In this document: piece after piece, positions 53,041 through 62,940 of the stretch
Layout of the letters: each line of letters opens with the position of its first letter
Position numbering within the stretch: the stretch's first letter is position 1
Assembly (NCBI GenBank): GCA_016191115.1
Contig: JACPPG010000038.1
Span: 32,907 to 96,906 of the forward strand
Reading direction: 5' to 3'
DNA from: Planctomycetia bacterium
GTDB taxonomy: Bacteria; Planctomycetota; Planctomycetia; Pirellulales; JACPPG01
Length of the DNA: 64,000 nt
Position numbers and translations under genes: made by a program
The notes under the pieces: generated by a model
Databases searched by the model: none
The model's input: only the letters and a program-made list of their open reading frames with translations
Told to the model about the DNA's origin: nothing

Positions 53041-53868
53041 TTACGTCGTTTTCCCTCGGTACGCGTCCAGGAGCCGTCCCGGCGAGCCCATGATGTTGTA
53101 GCCGGCGTCGACGTGAAGAATTTCGCCGGTGATGCCGTCGCCCATGTCCGAAAGGAGGAAGCCGGCGGCGCGGCCCACCTCTTCGTGCGTGATATTGCGG
53201 CCCAGCGGGGCCATTCCCTCGTACAGGCCGAGCATGTCGTCGACGCCCGCCCCACGGCCGGCCAGCGTCCGCAGGGGGCCTGCGCTCACGGCGTTGACGC
53301 GGATGCCGCGCGGGCCGAGGTCGTAGGCCAGGTACTTGACGATCGAGTCGAGCGCCGCCTTGCACACGCCCATCACGTTGTAGCCCGGCACCGGCCGCTC
53401 GCCCCCGTAGTACGTCATCGTGACGATGCTCCCCTTGTCGGTCATGAACTCGCGGGCGGCATTGGCCACGGCGATCAGGCTATAGGCGCTAATCTCCATC
53501 GCCTCCTTGAATCCCTCGCGGCTGGTCTGGATGGTGTCGCCCTTGAGGTCATCGAGCCGCGCGTGAGCGATCGAGTGCACGACGAAGTCGATCTTGCCGA
53601 ATTCTTCCGCCGCGCGGCGCATCACGCTTTTGATGTCCTCGTCGTTCGTCACGTCCATAGGCACCAGGAACTTGGCGCCGGGCGCCGGGTCGGTCAGCAT
53701 GGCCACGCGGCGGCGGTTCCGCTGCCGCTCGTCGTCGGGCCGGTCCGGCAGGTGCGTAAAGCCGCACACCGCCCCCTCGGCCATCACGTACTGGGCGATC
53801 GCCCAGGCGATCGAGTGATCGTTGGCAACGCCCAGCACCAGCCCCTTTTTGCCGTCAAACAGACCCAT
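53041..53868 (-). CDS. fabI: enoyl-[acyl-carrier-protein] reductase (NADH)
   Basis: GKKGLVLGVANDHSIAWAIA, YGGERPVPGYNVMGVCKAALD (Tyr/Lys), SAGPLRTLA. Confidence 0.92.
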   Translation of the reverse strand: MGLFDGKKGLVLGVANDHSIAWAIAQYVMAEGAVCGFTHLPDRPDDERQRNRRRVAMLTDPAPGAKFLVPMDVTNDEDIKSVMRRAAEEFGKIDFVVHSIAHARLDDLKGDTIQTSREGFKEAMEISAYSLIAVANAAREFMTDKGSIVTMTYYGGERPVPGYNVMGVCKAALDSIVKYLAYDLGPRGIRVNAVSAGPLRTLAGRGAGVDDMLGLYEGMAPLGRNITHEEVGRAAGFLLSDMGDGITGEILHVDAGYNIMGSPGRLLDAYRGKTT

Positions 53869-53972
53869 GCGATCCTCCTGCGCTTGCGATCAATCAAGAC
53901 GGTGAACCACCAAGACACGGCGGGCACGAAGAAGGGACCTGCCGACAGAAACGTGCAACTTTCCTTTATCCC

Positions 53973-54045
53973 CTTGGCGTTCTTGGCGCCTTGGCGGTTC
54001 CTCTTTGCAGGCGGAATGAACCGCCATGTCGCCAAGAACGCCAAG
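53973..54045. repeat. CCAAGGCGCCAAG word palindrome in the fabI / sigma-54-activator divergent spacer
   Basis: cttggcgttcttggcgccttggcggtt pairs with aaccgccatgtcgccaagaacgccaag (27-bp stem, 3 central mismatches). Confidence 0.8.
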
Positions 54046-54152
54046 AGGAAACGGAGGAGCACGCAACATAACGACTTGCGTCGGATCGCTCAACGTCCTT
54101 CGGCGGGACGAGTTGGGACCCGCCCAGTGGCGCGTATCTGATTCGCCTGATT

Positions 54153-54165
54153 TGTCAATTTGACA
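54153..54165. promoter_or_regulatory. perfect 13-nt palindrome TGTCAATTTGACA upstream of the sigma-54 activator gene
   Basis: TGTCAA-T-TTGACA, 74 nt upstream of ATG 54239. It also contains a consensus TTGACA -35 hexamer, but I see no good -10 at 16-18 nt. Confidence 0.35.
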
Positions 54166-54238
54166 TCACCGGCGTAGCATTGTGAGTGGATTTGATTCGG
54201 CCCTGCCGCACAGCCCTCGCGTCCGGACGACTCCTTTC

Positions 54239-56173
54239 ATGACCAGCAAATTGGCGCCAACCAACGACACACCCAAGGCCGCGTATGGCCTCCTGGAAGC
54301 CGCGACTCAAAACGAGGACGTTCGGGCGTTTCTGGCGCGGGGGCTGCCCACCGTCTTGGTTGCTTGCCATGCCGATGCGGTCGCACTGGCCGCGCCGTCG
54401 AGCGGCACGCTGGCCGGCGGGAACTGGCTCGCACTCGGTCATGCTGGCGCGGCGCAGCCATTACCCGGCGAGCTACTGTCCGAAGCCCTCGATCGGGAAG
54501 CGGTTCTCGCCCGCGGCGATTGGCTGGCGGCGCCGGTCGACGCGCGGGCCGCCAGGCCGGACGTGCTGGCCGTCCACTTCCGCGATACGCCAGCCCGCGA
54601 CGCGCAACCGGCCGTCGAGTCGCTTTTGCCGGCACTGCGGCAAGCTCTGGCGACCGTCCGTGAGCGCCATCGGCAGGCGCAGCGCGTCGAACGACTGGAG
54701 GCGATCCTGGCGATCGCCGGCCGCTGGAACCAGTCGCGCGAGGTGGAATCGCTGCTCGTGGAAATGGCCGAGGCCGCCGCGCGGCTCTTGCACGCCGACC
54801 GGGCCAGCATCTTTCTCTGGGACCGCGCGGCGCATCAGTTGGTCGGCCGCCCGGCGCTCGGCGTCGAAGGCGGCGAGCTGCGCATCCCGGATAACGCCGG
54901 CGTCGTGGGGCGCGTGATCGAGACCGGCCAGCCGCGGCGACTGTCGCGCGCCGACAACCCGCGCGAGGTCAACCGCGCGATCGACGAGACGCTCGGCTAT
55001 CGGACGACGACGCTCTTGTGCGTGCCGCTCCGCAGCCGCAAAGGGGAACTGTTCGGCGCGTTCGAGACGCTCAACAAGCTCGATGGCGATTTTACCGACG
55101 AGGACGAGGCGGCGCTGGTCGAGCTGGCCGGGCAAGCAGCGATCGCGCTTGAGAACACGCAGGAGCGCGAGCAACTGATCGAGTCCCGCCGCCAGCTCAC
55201 CGACGAGGCGGCCCAGCGCGTGCAGCTCGTCGGCACCAGCCCGGCGATCGACGCCCTCCGCTCGACGATCGGCCGCGTGGCCGGCACCGAACTCGCAGTG
55301 CTCGTCTTGGGCGAGAACGGCACGGGCAAGGAGGTCGTCAGCCAGTCGATCCACTATCAGAGTCCACGGCGGCACCATCCGTTCATTGCCGTCAATTGCG
55401 CGGCCTTGAGCGAAACGCTCCTGGAGAGCGAGCTATTCGGCCACGAGAAGGGGGCCTTCACCGACGCGCACGAGCGGCGGCCCGGCAAGTTCGAGTTGGC
55501 CGCGGGCGGCACGCTCTTTCTCGACGAGATCGGCGACCTCAGCCCGTCAGGCCAGGCGAAGCTCTTGCGCGTGCTCGAAGAGAAGGTCGTAGTCCGGGTC
55601 GGCGGATCAAAAAGCATCCACACCGACGCGCGGGTGATCGCGGCCACGAACCAGAACCTGGCCCAACTGGTCCGCGAGCGGCGTTTTCGCGAGGACCTGT
55701 ATTTCCGGCTCAACGTGGTGACGTTGGTGCTGCCGCCGTTGCGCGAGCGGGCGGAGGACGTGCTGCCGCTAGCGGAATTCTTCCTCAAGGATTTTTGCCG
55801 CAAGGCCCGCCGCAAGACTTTGAAGCTGTCGGCCGCCGCGCGGAAGCGGCTCGAGGCGCACGCCTGGCCGGGCAACGTCCGCGAGCTGCGGAACCTGATG
55901 GAGCGGCTGGCGTTCCTGTTGCCCGCCGAGCGCGACAAGATCGAGGAAGAGGACCTGGCGTTCATCTTGTCGCCCGGTGTCACGCGCGCCGCGGCGGCGA
56001 TCCCCTCCGAGCTATCCCTATCCGAGGCGACCGACCGGTTCCAAGCCGAGCACGTCGCCGAAGCGATCCGCCGCGCCCGCGGCAACATGAGCGAAGCGGC
56101 CGGGCACCTGGGCCTGCACCGCTCGAACCTGTATCGCAAGATGCGGCAACTGGGCATGGCAGTGGAGGGGTGA
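54239..56173 (+). CDS. sigma-54-dependent Fis family transcriptional activator with N-terminal GAF domain
   Basis: GENGTGKEVV Walker A, ESELFGHEKGAFTDA, LFLDEIGDL Walker B, C-terminal HTH (AAGHLGLHRSNLYRKMRQLG). Alternative GTG start at 54182. Confidence 0.9.
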   Translation: MTSKLAPTNDTPKAAYGLLEAATQNEDVRAFLARGLPTVLVACHADAVALAAPSSGTLAGGNWLALGHAGAAQPLPGELLSEALDREAVLARGDWLAAPVDARAARPDVLAVHFRDTPARDAQPAVESLLPALRQALATVRERHRQAQRVERLEAILAIAGRWNQSREVESLLVEMAEAAARLLHADRASIFLWDRAAHQLVGRPALGVEGGELRIPDNAGVVGRVIETGQPRRLSRADNPREVNRAIDETLGYRTTTLLCVPLRSRKGELFGAFETLNKLDGDFTDEDEAALVELAGQAAIALENTQEREQLIESRRQLTDEAAQRVQLVGTSPAIDALRSTIGRVAGTELAVLVLGENGTGKEVVSQSIHYQSPRRHHPFIAVNCAALSETLLESELFGHEKGAFTDAHERRPGKFELAAGGTLFLDEIGDLSPSGQAKLLRVLEEKVVVRVGGSKSIHTDARVIAATNQNLAQLVRERRFREDLYFRLNVVTLVLPPLRERAEDVLPLAEFFLKDFCRKARRKTLKLSAAARKRLEAHAWPGNVRELRNLMERLAFLLPAERDKIEEEDLAFILSPGVTRAAAAIPSELSLSEATDRFQAEHVAEAIRRARGNMSEAAGHLGLHRSNLYRKMRQLGMAVEG

Positions 56174-56201
56174 GGGGCTGGCGCCTCGCGCGTTTCGCGA
56201 T

Positions 56202-56963
56202 TCAGTTCCAGCCCACCAACTCGCTGTGGCGACGTAGCAGTGCAGGGTCTGGTTGCCAGCGATCGGGCAACCGAATGCGCAATCCATCAAACTCAATCAA
56301 TCCGTGCTCTACGGCCTTGTTCGATCGCAGGCTCTTCAGGTCGACGTGAACCTGCACCTCAAACGCGTCGTTGACGATGAGAAGTCCCATGTCGAATGCC
56401 CTGTCGTGCAGGACGCAAAGACAGATACCATTTCGAGGATTCATCCGCTGTTCCCTGTCGACGGACCATGGAACGATATGCGACGCAACGAGCAACCCAC
56501 GAATGGGCATTGTGCAGATGGAGCACGCGTAGTCGTACCCCGCCAATACGATCGATCGAAACAGGCATTGGTTGACTCGTACCTTGACGATCGTCTCTCG
56601 ATCGAGGCCCTGGACGTCCTCCCACAACACGGCTTCCGAAAGCTCGGGCTCAGCACCACACAATCGGGCGGCCGCGGTTTCACACTCGAAGCCGATGCTC
56701 TCGGGATCCGCCGCGAATTGCTCGCAAATCGCGCGATCCTCCTGCGACGCCTTCGATAGTCCGCGGACGCCGCGCGCCTTTAGGGCGGGATCAAATGCCG
56801 CGAGGTTGCAACACTTCATGGCAACTGCACCGGCCGTCCTATTCAGCGCCTTGGCAACCTTGATAATGTCGGGGTTGCGAGCGTGGAGCCGTCCGAACGG
56901 CGTTCGGCAATAAAGGTTAAACGCGACCAGAGTTTCATCTCGCGTCCACGATCGGCGGGCCAT
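56202..56963 (-). CDS. HNH endonuclease (HNH_2 / putative restriction endonuclease type)
   Basis: YDYACSICTMPIRGLLVASHIVPW ... NGICLCVLHDRAFDMGLL. Alternative starts at 56996/57005. The locus is ~55% GC by hand count, against a mid-60s% background. Confidence 0.8.
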   Translation of the reverse strand: MARRSWTRDETLVAFNLYCRTPFGRLHARNPDIIKVAKALNRTAGAVAMKCCNLAAFDPALKARGVRGLSKASQEDRAICEQFAADPESIGFECETAAARLCGAEPELSEAVLWEDVQGLDRETIVKVRVNQCLFRSIVLAGYDYACSICTMPIRGLLVASHIVPWSVDREQRMNPRNGICLCVLHDRAFDMGLLIVNDAFEVQVHVDLKSLRSNKAVEHGLIEFDGLRIRLPDRWQPDPALLRRHSELVGWN

Positions 56964-57202
56964 CACATCGTCCTCCGAGGCTCCCTTGCCGCTCATCCGG
57001 CACATTTTTATTGCTTTGCGGCAGCCGAAGCGGTATACCATAGGCACGCATCGGCAGTTGTTGATGGATTGCCGCGGCGAGCGAACGGCTTTGTAGGAGG
57101 TGTCTCCCGACGCCGACCGGGGCTTGGCCGAGCGCGGCAAAGCCGAGCCACGCGACGGCGGGCAGGATGCCCGCCCCCCAACGACGCCCAAGGAGCGAAA
57201 CG

Positions 57203-58564
57203 ATGAACACCGCACGCGGTTGCCGGGGGCTGTCGGGGCGGGCGATTGGGCGGCGGGCCTTTTTGGAAACGACCGTGGCGGCCGGCGGGGCCGGGTTGAC
57301 GCTGCCGATGCTCCTCCAATCGCGCGCCGCGGCGCGCGAGTCCGGACAGGCGGCCCGCGAACCCGGTCAAACCGTGCGCGACACGGCGGTGATCCAGATT
57401 TGGCTCGGCGGCGGGCCGACGCATTTCGAAACCTACGACCCCAAGCCGCAAGCGCCAGCCGAATATCGCGGCCCGTTCGGCGCCATCTCCACGTGCCTTC
57501 CCGGCGTGCAAATCTGCGAGACGCTGCCGCGGCACGCGCAGATCCTCGACAAGGTCGCCATCCTGCGAAGCGTCTACCACAATAGCGCCGACCACGACGC
57601 CGGCATGTACTTCTGCACTACCGGCAAGAAGACGAAGTTCCAGCCCTCGACCGGTTCGTACACGGCGCGGATCCGCGGCGCGAACCAGCCCGGGCTGCCG
57701 GCCTACGTGCACCTGGGCTTTCAGCCGACGACGAACCTGGTGTTCGTGCCGAACTTCAAGGCGGAGTATCTGGGCGGCGGCTACGATCCGTTCTACATCA
57801 CCGACGATCCGGCCGAGGCCAGCTTCCAGGTGCCCAACCTGCGGTTGGCCGACGGCGTGACGATCGACCGGCTGGGGGACCGCCGGTCGCTGCTTGGGCA
57901 CTTCGATCGCTTGCGCCGGCAGGCGGATCGCAGCGGGGCGATGGGCTCGATGGACCAGTTCGGCCGCGCGGCCTTCGACATGGTCACCGGCGCCGCCGCG
58001 CGGGAGGCCTTTGACCTGTCGCGCGAAGACCCGAAGACCCGCGAGCGATACGGCATGCACCGCTGGGGGCAGAGCTGCCTGTTGGCCCGGCGGCTGGTCG
58101 AGTCGGGCGTGACGTTCGTCACCGTGAATTTCGACCCGCACTCGTTCTCGTTCGACATGCACGCCAACGTCGAGCGGGGGATGCGCAGCGCCGGGCCGCG
58201 GATGGATTCGGCGATTCCGGCCCTGGTCGAGGACCTGCACGAGCGGGGCCTGGCCGACCGGGTGATGGTGATCGCCTGGGGCGAGTTCGGCCGCACGCCC
58301 CGCGTCAACCCCGCGGGCGGCCGCGACCACTGGGGCGAGGTGATGAGCGTGCTGGTGGCGGGCGGGGGCCTGCGCGTCGGCCAGGTGATTGGCTCGTCCA
58401 CGCCGAAGGGCGAGGTGCCCAAGGACCGGCCGATCATCCCCTACGACGTGCTGGCCACGATGTACCGGCACCTGGGGATCGACCCGTATACGACGTTCAC
58501 GGACCACGCCGGCCGGCCGACGCCCTTGCTGAACGAGGGGACGGTGATCGGCGAGTTGGTGTGA
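57203..58564 (+). CDS. DUF1501 domain-containing protein (Tat signal)
   Basis: AGGAG 8 nt upstream of ATG 57203. GRRAFLETTVAAGGAGL twin-arginine leader. GGRDHWGEVMSVLVAGGG. Confidence 0.9.
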   Translation: MNTARGCRGLSGRAIGRRAFLETTVAAGGAGLTLPMLLQSRAAARESGQAAREPGQTVRDTAVIQIWLGGGPTHFETYDPKPQAPAEYRGPFGAISTCLPGVQICETLPRHAQILDKVAILRSVYHNSADHDAGMYFCTTGKKTKFQPSTGSYTARIRGANQPGLPAYVHLGFQPTTNLVFVPNFKAEYLGGGYDPFYITDDPAEASFQVPNLRLADGVTIDRLGDRRSLLGHFDRLRRQADRSGAMGSMDQFGRAAFDMVTGAAAREAFDLSREDPKTRERYGMHRWGQSCLLARRLVESGVTFVTVNFDPHSFSFDMHANVERGMRSAGPRMDSAIPALVEDLHERGLADRVMVIAWGEFGRTPRVNPAGGRDHWGEVMSVLVAGGGLRVGQVIGSSTPKGEVPKDRPIIPYDVLATMYRHLGIDPYTTFTDHAGRPTPLLNEGTVIGELV

Positions 58565-58569
58565 CGTAC

Positions 58570-58700
58570 AATGACGAATGTCGAAATTTGAGTGTCTAAA
58601 GAAATCCGAATGACGAAAAGCTGAATGTCCGAAAGGAACGCGATCATTCGTCCTTCGGGCATTCGGCTTTCGTCATTCTTTCGACATTCGTGCTTCGTCC
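58570..58700. repeat. AT-rich word palindrome between convergent genes
   Basis: aatgacgaatgtcgaaa ... tttcgacattcgtgctt, with tgtctaaagaaatccgaatgacg words. The CTCCGTG word run follows at 58755-58782. Confidence 0.8.
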
Positions 58701-58796
58701 TCGCGCCGCGGCCAAGCAGCCAATCGCTTGCGGTACGCACCCTTTCCTTCGATTCTCCGCTCCGTGTCTCCGTGCCGTGGTGATTTCCCTCTTGCT

Positions 58797-59603
58797 CTAT
58801 TTTCCGTTCGGCCGCGCCGCCGGTTTCACCGTTGGCGCCTTCGGTTTGGCCGCCTTCTCGTCCAACCGCGGCGTGAGCACGATCGATGCTTTTGTGCCCA
58901 CCGGCGGAATGCGGTCCGTCAGGGCCTCGAAGAGCAGGGCGTCGTTCGACTGGCTGCTCTTGATCGGCAGATCGAGCATGGCGCTATTGAAGTTCGAGAT
59001 GCAGATGAAATCCCCGTCTTCGGCTTTGTAGAATTCCTGGCCCGTCTGATCGTCCTTCCAGAAGCCGCTGCCACCGAAGACCCAGTACTCGGTCATCGGC
59101 TTGCCGGTTTTGACGTTGCGGATCCAATCCTGCGCGCGGGCGCTTTGGCGTTTTCCGTTGGCGTCAGTCCAGAAAAGCGTGATGTCGATCCGCGGACCGT
59201 GGGCAGGCTTGTAGTCGGGCACGAATTGCGCGGGGCTGCCCGGTTCGGCTCCCAAAGCGACAAGCGCCGCGTGTACGACGTGCGCCTTGGTGGGCACGGC
59301 CACGATCGACTCGTGCTCCTTGGTCCCTTTGGTGCAGGCAAACATTTCGAGCTGGCCTTCGCGCAACACCACTTCGCCGACCATCACCACGCGCTTGTTC
59401 TTGGCGTCGAGCCAGACCTTGCCCTCGGGCGCGAGGCGCCGCGTGCCCGCGGGGTCCTTTGTGTCGTCTCGATCGGCGGCGGGGTCTTTTTCAGCGGCGG
59501 GGGGTGCGGCGGATTGGGCCGTAAGTGTTGCCGCCGTGCCGAAGTAGCACGCGGTCGCCGCTCCGCACGCGGCGAGAAACAACCTCAGATGGATACTGTT
59601 CAT
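58797..59603 (-). CDS. secreted hypothetical protein (YdjY-domain-like)
   Basis: ATG 59603. Signal peptide MNSIHLRLFLAACGAATA. The domain call comes from memory of similar planctomycete annotations only. Confidence 0.65.
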   Translation of the reverse strand: MNSIHLRLFLAACGAATACYFGTAATLTAQSAAPPAAEKDPAADRDDTKDPAGTRRLAPEGKVWLDAKNKRVVMVGEVVLREGQLEMFACTKGTKEHESIVAVPTKAHVVHAALVALGAEPGSPAQFVPDYKPAHGPRIDITLFWTDANGKRQSARAQDWIRNVKTGKPMTEYWVFGGSGFWKDDQTGQEFYKAEDGDFICISNFNSAMLDLPIKSSQSNDALLFEALTDRIPPVGTKASIVLTPRLDEKAAKPKAPTVKPAARPNGK

Positions 59604-59843
59604 GGTAACAGGTGCCCTGCGATTTTTCGGGCGCTTCGGCGGCACGGCGAAAAAATCCGTCGCGCTGGTTTCATTCACCATTCCCAGTGATAAGATAGCC
59701 GCGTATCGGCGGGGAGTCCAACGGGCGCGCCCAAGACGCGCGAGTTCGCGAGCACTGCGATGTCAGTGTCGCGCCTCGTTGATAATAGCGACGCCGGCCG
59801 GCGAGTCACGTCGGGGACCGGCGGAGCAAGGAATGAGCCACTG

Positions 59844-61694
59844 ATGGCGATTATCACGACGACGGCGCGATCGCTTGACGATTGGGACGATCGCGACGAG
59901 GAATCCCTCGCCTTTCGGCCCGTCTGGCACCGGTCCGCGCCGCGGACGATCGCCCGCGCCGAACGTTTCGGCGAAGGGAGCGCGGGTTGGGCGGCCTGGG
60001 CCGCGCACCTTGCCCAGCGCGGCGAGCCGCGGCCGCTCGTCGCATTGCTGCCGTCGGCGCGTCCGTCGCTTGCCTGGGGCATGACGTCGCGATTGCAGAT
60101 CGCCGTTGCCCCGCTGCCGACGCGCCTTCCCTCGACCCGCGAGTTGATCGATCGCCTCGATCGCATCGAGCGCAACCTGGCCTTCAATGCCGCGCCCGAA
60201 GTCGACGATCTCGCGGCCGCCTGGCTGGCCGAGGCGGCGCACCGCCGTTGCTGTCATTTTGGTTTGGAGTGCCTGGCCTGGTGCCGCGCGCTACCCGCGC
60301 TGGCGGCGCGGTTGCGCCCGCTCTGGTGGTGGCGGCTGTTCGAGACGCTGCTGGTGACCGCCGAGGATGCCGAGGCCGGCCGCGAGAGCGACGCACTGGC
60401 ACGGCAATGGCTCACGTGCGAGTTGCCCTTGTCGCTGGCGTACCTGTTCCCGGAGATCACTCCCGCGCGACAACTGGCGCGGCGGGCCACGGGCGGTTTG
60501 CTCGCCGACCCGCGAGCCGGGATCGCCGAAGACGGCATGCCGGCCGCCAGGCTCATCGGCGCCGTGCGGCCCCTTTGGGCCACGTTCCTCCGCGCCCGGA
60601 CGATCGCGGACCAACTGAAAAAGTCGTGCTGGAGCGAGGAAGTCGACGCCCGCTATCGGGCTTTCGTGCGGCAGGCGCTACGGCTATCGCGGCGCGACGG
60701 CACGATGGTTTTGTCCTCCGCACCGGCCGTGGAGAACGACGCGGACCTGCTCCAACTGGCGCTGGCTGACGCGTCGGAGGCCGATCGGGCGTTGGCGCGG
60801 GCCGTTGTGCCCACCTTGCGCGGCCGGAAACGCGACGACGTTTCGTTGCCTGCCGCGGTCCACAATGAACAGGCGGGCGTTGCCATTCTGCGCTCGCGCT
60901 GGTCGCGCAACAGCGAGCGTTTGACCGTGGCCCATTCCGGCACGGACGTGCGGACTGAGCTGGCGTGCGGCCGCGACGTGCTGTGGTCGGGCCGCTGGAC
61001 GCTCGATGTTCGCGCCGATGGCGAGCCGCTTGTGCCCCCGGCCGACGCCCGATGGGAGGAAGTCTGCTGGATCTCGGATGAGGACGTCGACTATCTCGAG
61101 CTGGAGTTGACGGTGGCCGAAGGGGTGCGCGTCGAACGGCAGATGTTGTTATCGCGCTCGGACCGCTTCCTCTACCTGGCTGATGCGATCCTGGGAACAC
61201 ATCGCGTGGCGATCGAGTACCACGGCGCGCTGCCGCTTGTGGACGAGGTCGCCTTCGACGCTTCGACCGAAACGCAAGAAGGGTATCTGGTGGGCGACAA
61301 GCCGCGGGCGCTTGTCTTTCCGCTGGCTCTGGCGGAGTGGCGTGCCCAATCGCGCGGCGGCGCGCTTGCGGCAAACGACGACGGCCTGGAGCTGCGCCTG
61401 ACGCACGGCGCGGCGCGGCGCATCTATGCCCCGCTGTTCATCGATCTCGATCCTGCGCGACTGTTCCGCCCGGCGAGCTGGCGGCAATTGACGGTGGCCG
61501 AATCGCGCGAGGTGGTGGCGGCCGACGTGGCCGTCGGCTATCGCGTCACGGCGGGGGACGAACAATGGCTCGTCTACCGCTCGCTTGGCCCGCGGGGAAA
61601 TCGCACGCTCCTGGGTCAGAACCTGGTCTCCGAGTTCCTCATCGGGCGCTTCAATCGCAACGGTGAAGTCGAGCCGCTGGTGGAAATCGAGTGA
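59844..61694 (+). CDS. hypothetical protein (616 aa; weak resemblance to heparinase II/III-type C-terminal domain)
   Basis: Long ORF with ATG 59844. The AGVAILRSRWS ... LYLADAILG layout is reminiscent of that fold, but no catalytic His motif is seen. Confidence 0.6.
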   Translation: MAIITTTARSLDDWDDRDEESLAFRPVWHRSAPRTIARAERFGEGSAGWAAWAAHLAQRGEPRPLVALLPSARPSLAWGMTSRLQIAVAPLPTRLPSTRELIDRLDRIERNLAFNAAPEVDDLAAAWLAEAAHRRCCHFGLECLAWCRALPALAARLRPLWWWRLFETLLVTAEDAEAGRESDALARQWLTCELPLSLAYLFPEITPARQLARRATGGLLADPRAGIAEDGMPAARLIGAVRPLWATFLRARTIADQLKKSCWSEEVDARYRAFVRQALRLSRRDGTMVLSSAPAVENDADLLQLALADASEADRALARAVVPTLRGRKRDDVSLPAAVHNEQAGVAILRSRWSRNSERLTVAHSGTDVRTELACGRDVLWSGRWTLDVRADGEPLVPPADARWEEVCWISDEDVDYLELELTVAEGVRVERQMLLSRSDRFLYLADAILGTHRVAIEYHGALPLVDEVAFDASTETQEGYLVGDKPRALVFPLALAEWRAQSRGGALAANDDGLELRLTHGAARRIYAPLFIDLDPARLFRPASWRQLTVAESREVVAADVAVGYRVTAGDEQWLVYRSLGPRGNRTLLGQNLVSEFLIGRFNRNGEVEPLVEIE

Positions 61695-61781
61695 AGGGCG
61701 GCAGAGCGACGAGCGACTAGCAATTGGCCGGAGCTGGCGCCCGCTTCTCGTCTACGTTCCGGCTAATCGCTAGTTGCTCCC

Positions 61782-62492
61782 ATGCCCGACGTCGCCCGCC
61801 GCGTCTCCCGCAACCTTGACATCGTCCGCGCCCGCATCGCGGCGGCCGCCGCGCGCGTCGGGCGGTCGGCCGAGCCGATCACTTTGGTGGCGGTCACCAA
61901 GTACGCCCCTCCGGCGGCGATCCGGGCCGTGGTCGATGCGGGCTGCCGCGACCTGGGCGAAAGCCGGCCGCAGCAGCTTTGGCAGCGTGCCACCGAGTTC
62001 GCGCACGGCGCGGTCCATTGGCACCTGATCGGTCATTTGCAGCGAAATAAAGTGGCGCGGACATTGCCTTTGGTGTCGCTTGTGCATTCCTGCGACAGCC
62101 TCCGCCTGGCCCAGGCGATCGACACGGCGGCGGCCGAGCAACACGGCCCGCCCGTGCCTGTGCTACTGGAAGTGAATGTCTCGCATGATCCAGCCAAGCA
62201 CGGCCTCGCGCCGGATGAGCTGGCGGGGCTCTTGCCGGCGCTCGCGGGCCTCGGGCACGTCAAAGTCCGCGGCCTGATGGCGATGGCGGGCCGGGCGGAC
62301 GATCCGGCGGCCGCGCGGGCGGACTTCCGCGGTCTGCGCGAGCTCCGCGATCGACTGCGCCAAGCCTGCCCGCCCGCAATCGTGCTGGACGAGTTGTCGA
62401 TGGGCATGAGCGGCGACTTCGACGTGGCGATCGAGGAGGGCGCGACGATCGTCCGCGTCGGCTCGGCGCTCTTCGAGGGAACCAGCGAATAA
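61782..62492 (+). CDS. yggS: YggS family pyridoxal-phosphate-dependent protein
   Basis: LVAVTKYAP (Lys), HWHLIGHLQRNKV, SMGMSGDF. Confidence 0.9.
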   Translation: MPDVARRVSRNLDIVRARIAAAAARVGRSAEPITLVAVTKYAPPAAIRAVVDAGCRDLGESRPQQLWQRATEFAHGAVHWHLIGHLQRNKVARTLPLVSLVHSCDSLRLAQAIDTAAAEQHGPPVPVLLEVNVSHDPAKHGLAPDELAGLLPALAGLGHVKVRGLMAMAGRADDPAAARADFRGLRELRDRLRQACPPAIVLDELSMGMSGDFDVAIEEGATIVRVGSALFEGTSE

Positions 62493-62599
62493 TGGATCAC
62501 TTGTTCTCCCATCCGTGGACGAATGCGGAAGATTTCCCTCTCCCCGCGCGGGAGAAGGGGTCGGGGTGAGGGGGCTCATATCGAGAGGAACGACGATCC

Positions 62600-62914
62600 A
62601 TGGTTGACGTCCGCGCGCACCCCGCCGGCGCGATTCTGACCGTGCGGGCCCAGCCCGGTGCCCGGCGGGTGGGCGTTCGCGGCGAGCACAACGGGATGCT
62701 CAAGGTGAGCGTCACGGCCGCTGCCGAGAAGGGAAAGGCGAACGCGGCAGTTCAACGCGCGCTTGCGGCGGCTCTTGACGTGGCAGCATCCGACGTCGAA
62801 CTCGTCGCCGGCGCGACGTCGCGGCAAAAGCAATTCCTAGTCCGTGGCCTGGCCGTTCAGCAGCTAAGGGCGCGCATCGCCGCGGCGATGAAGAGAGCCC
62901 CCGCAGGCGATTGA
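62600..62914 (+). CDS. DUF167 (YggU) family protein
   Basis: LTVRAQPGARR ... LKVSVTAAAEKGKANAAV. Follows yggS, as in many bacteria. Confidence 0.85.
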   Translation: MVDVRAHPAGAILTVRAQPGARRVGVRGEHNGMLKVSVTAAAEKGKANAAVQRALAAALDVAASDVELVAGATSRQKQFLVRGLAVQQLRARIAAAMKRAPAGD

Positions 62915-62940
62915 TCGGGGGGCGGGCGTCTTGCCGGACG

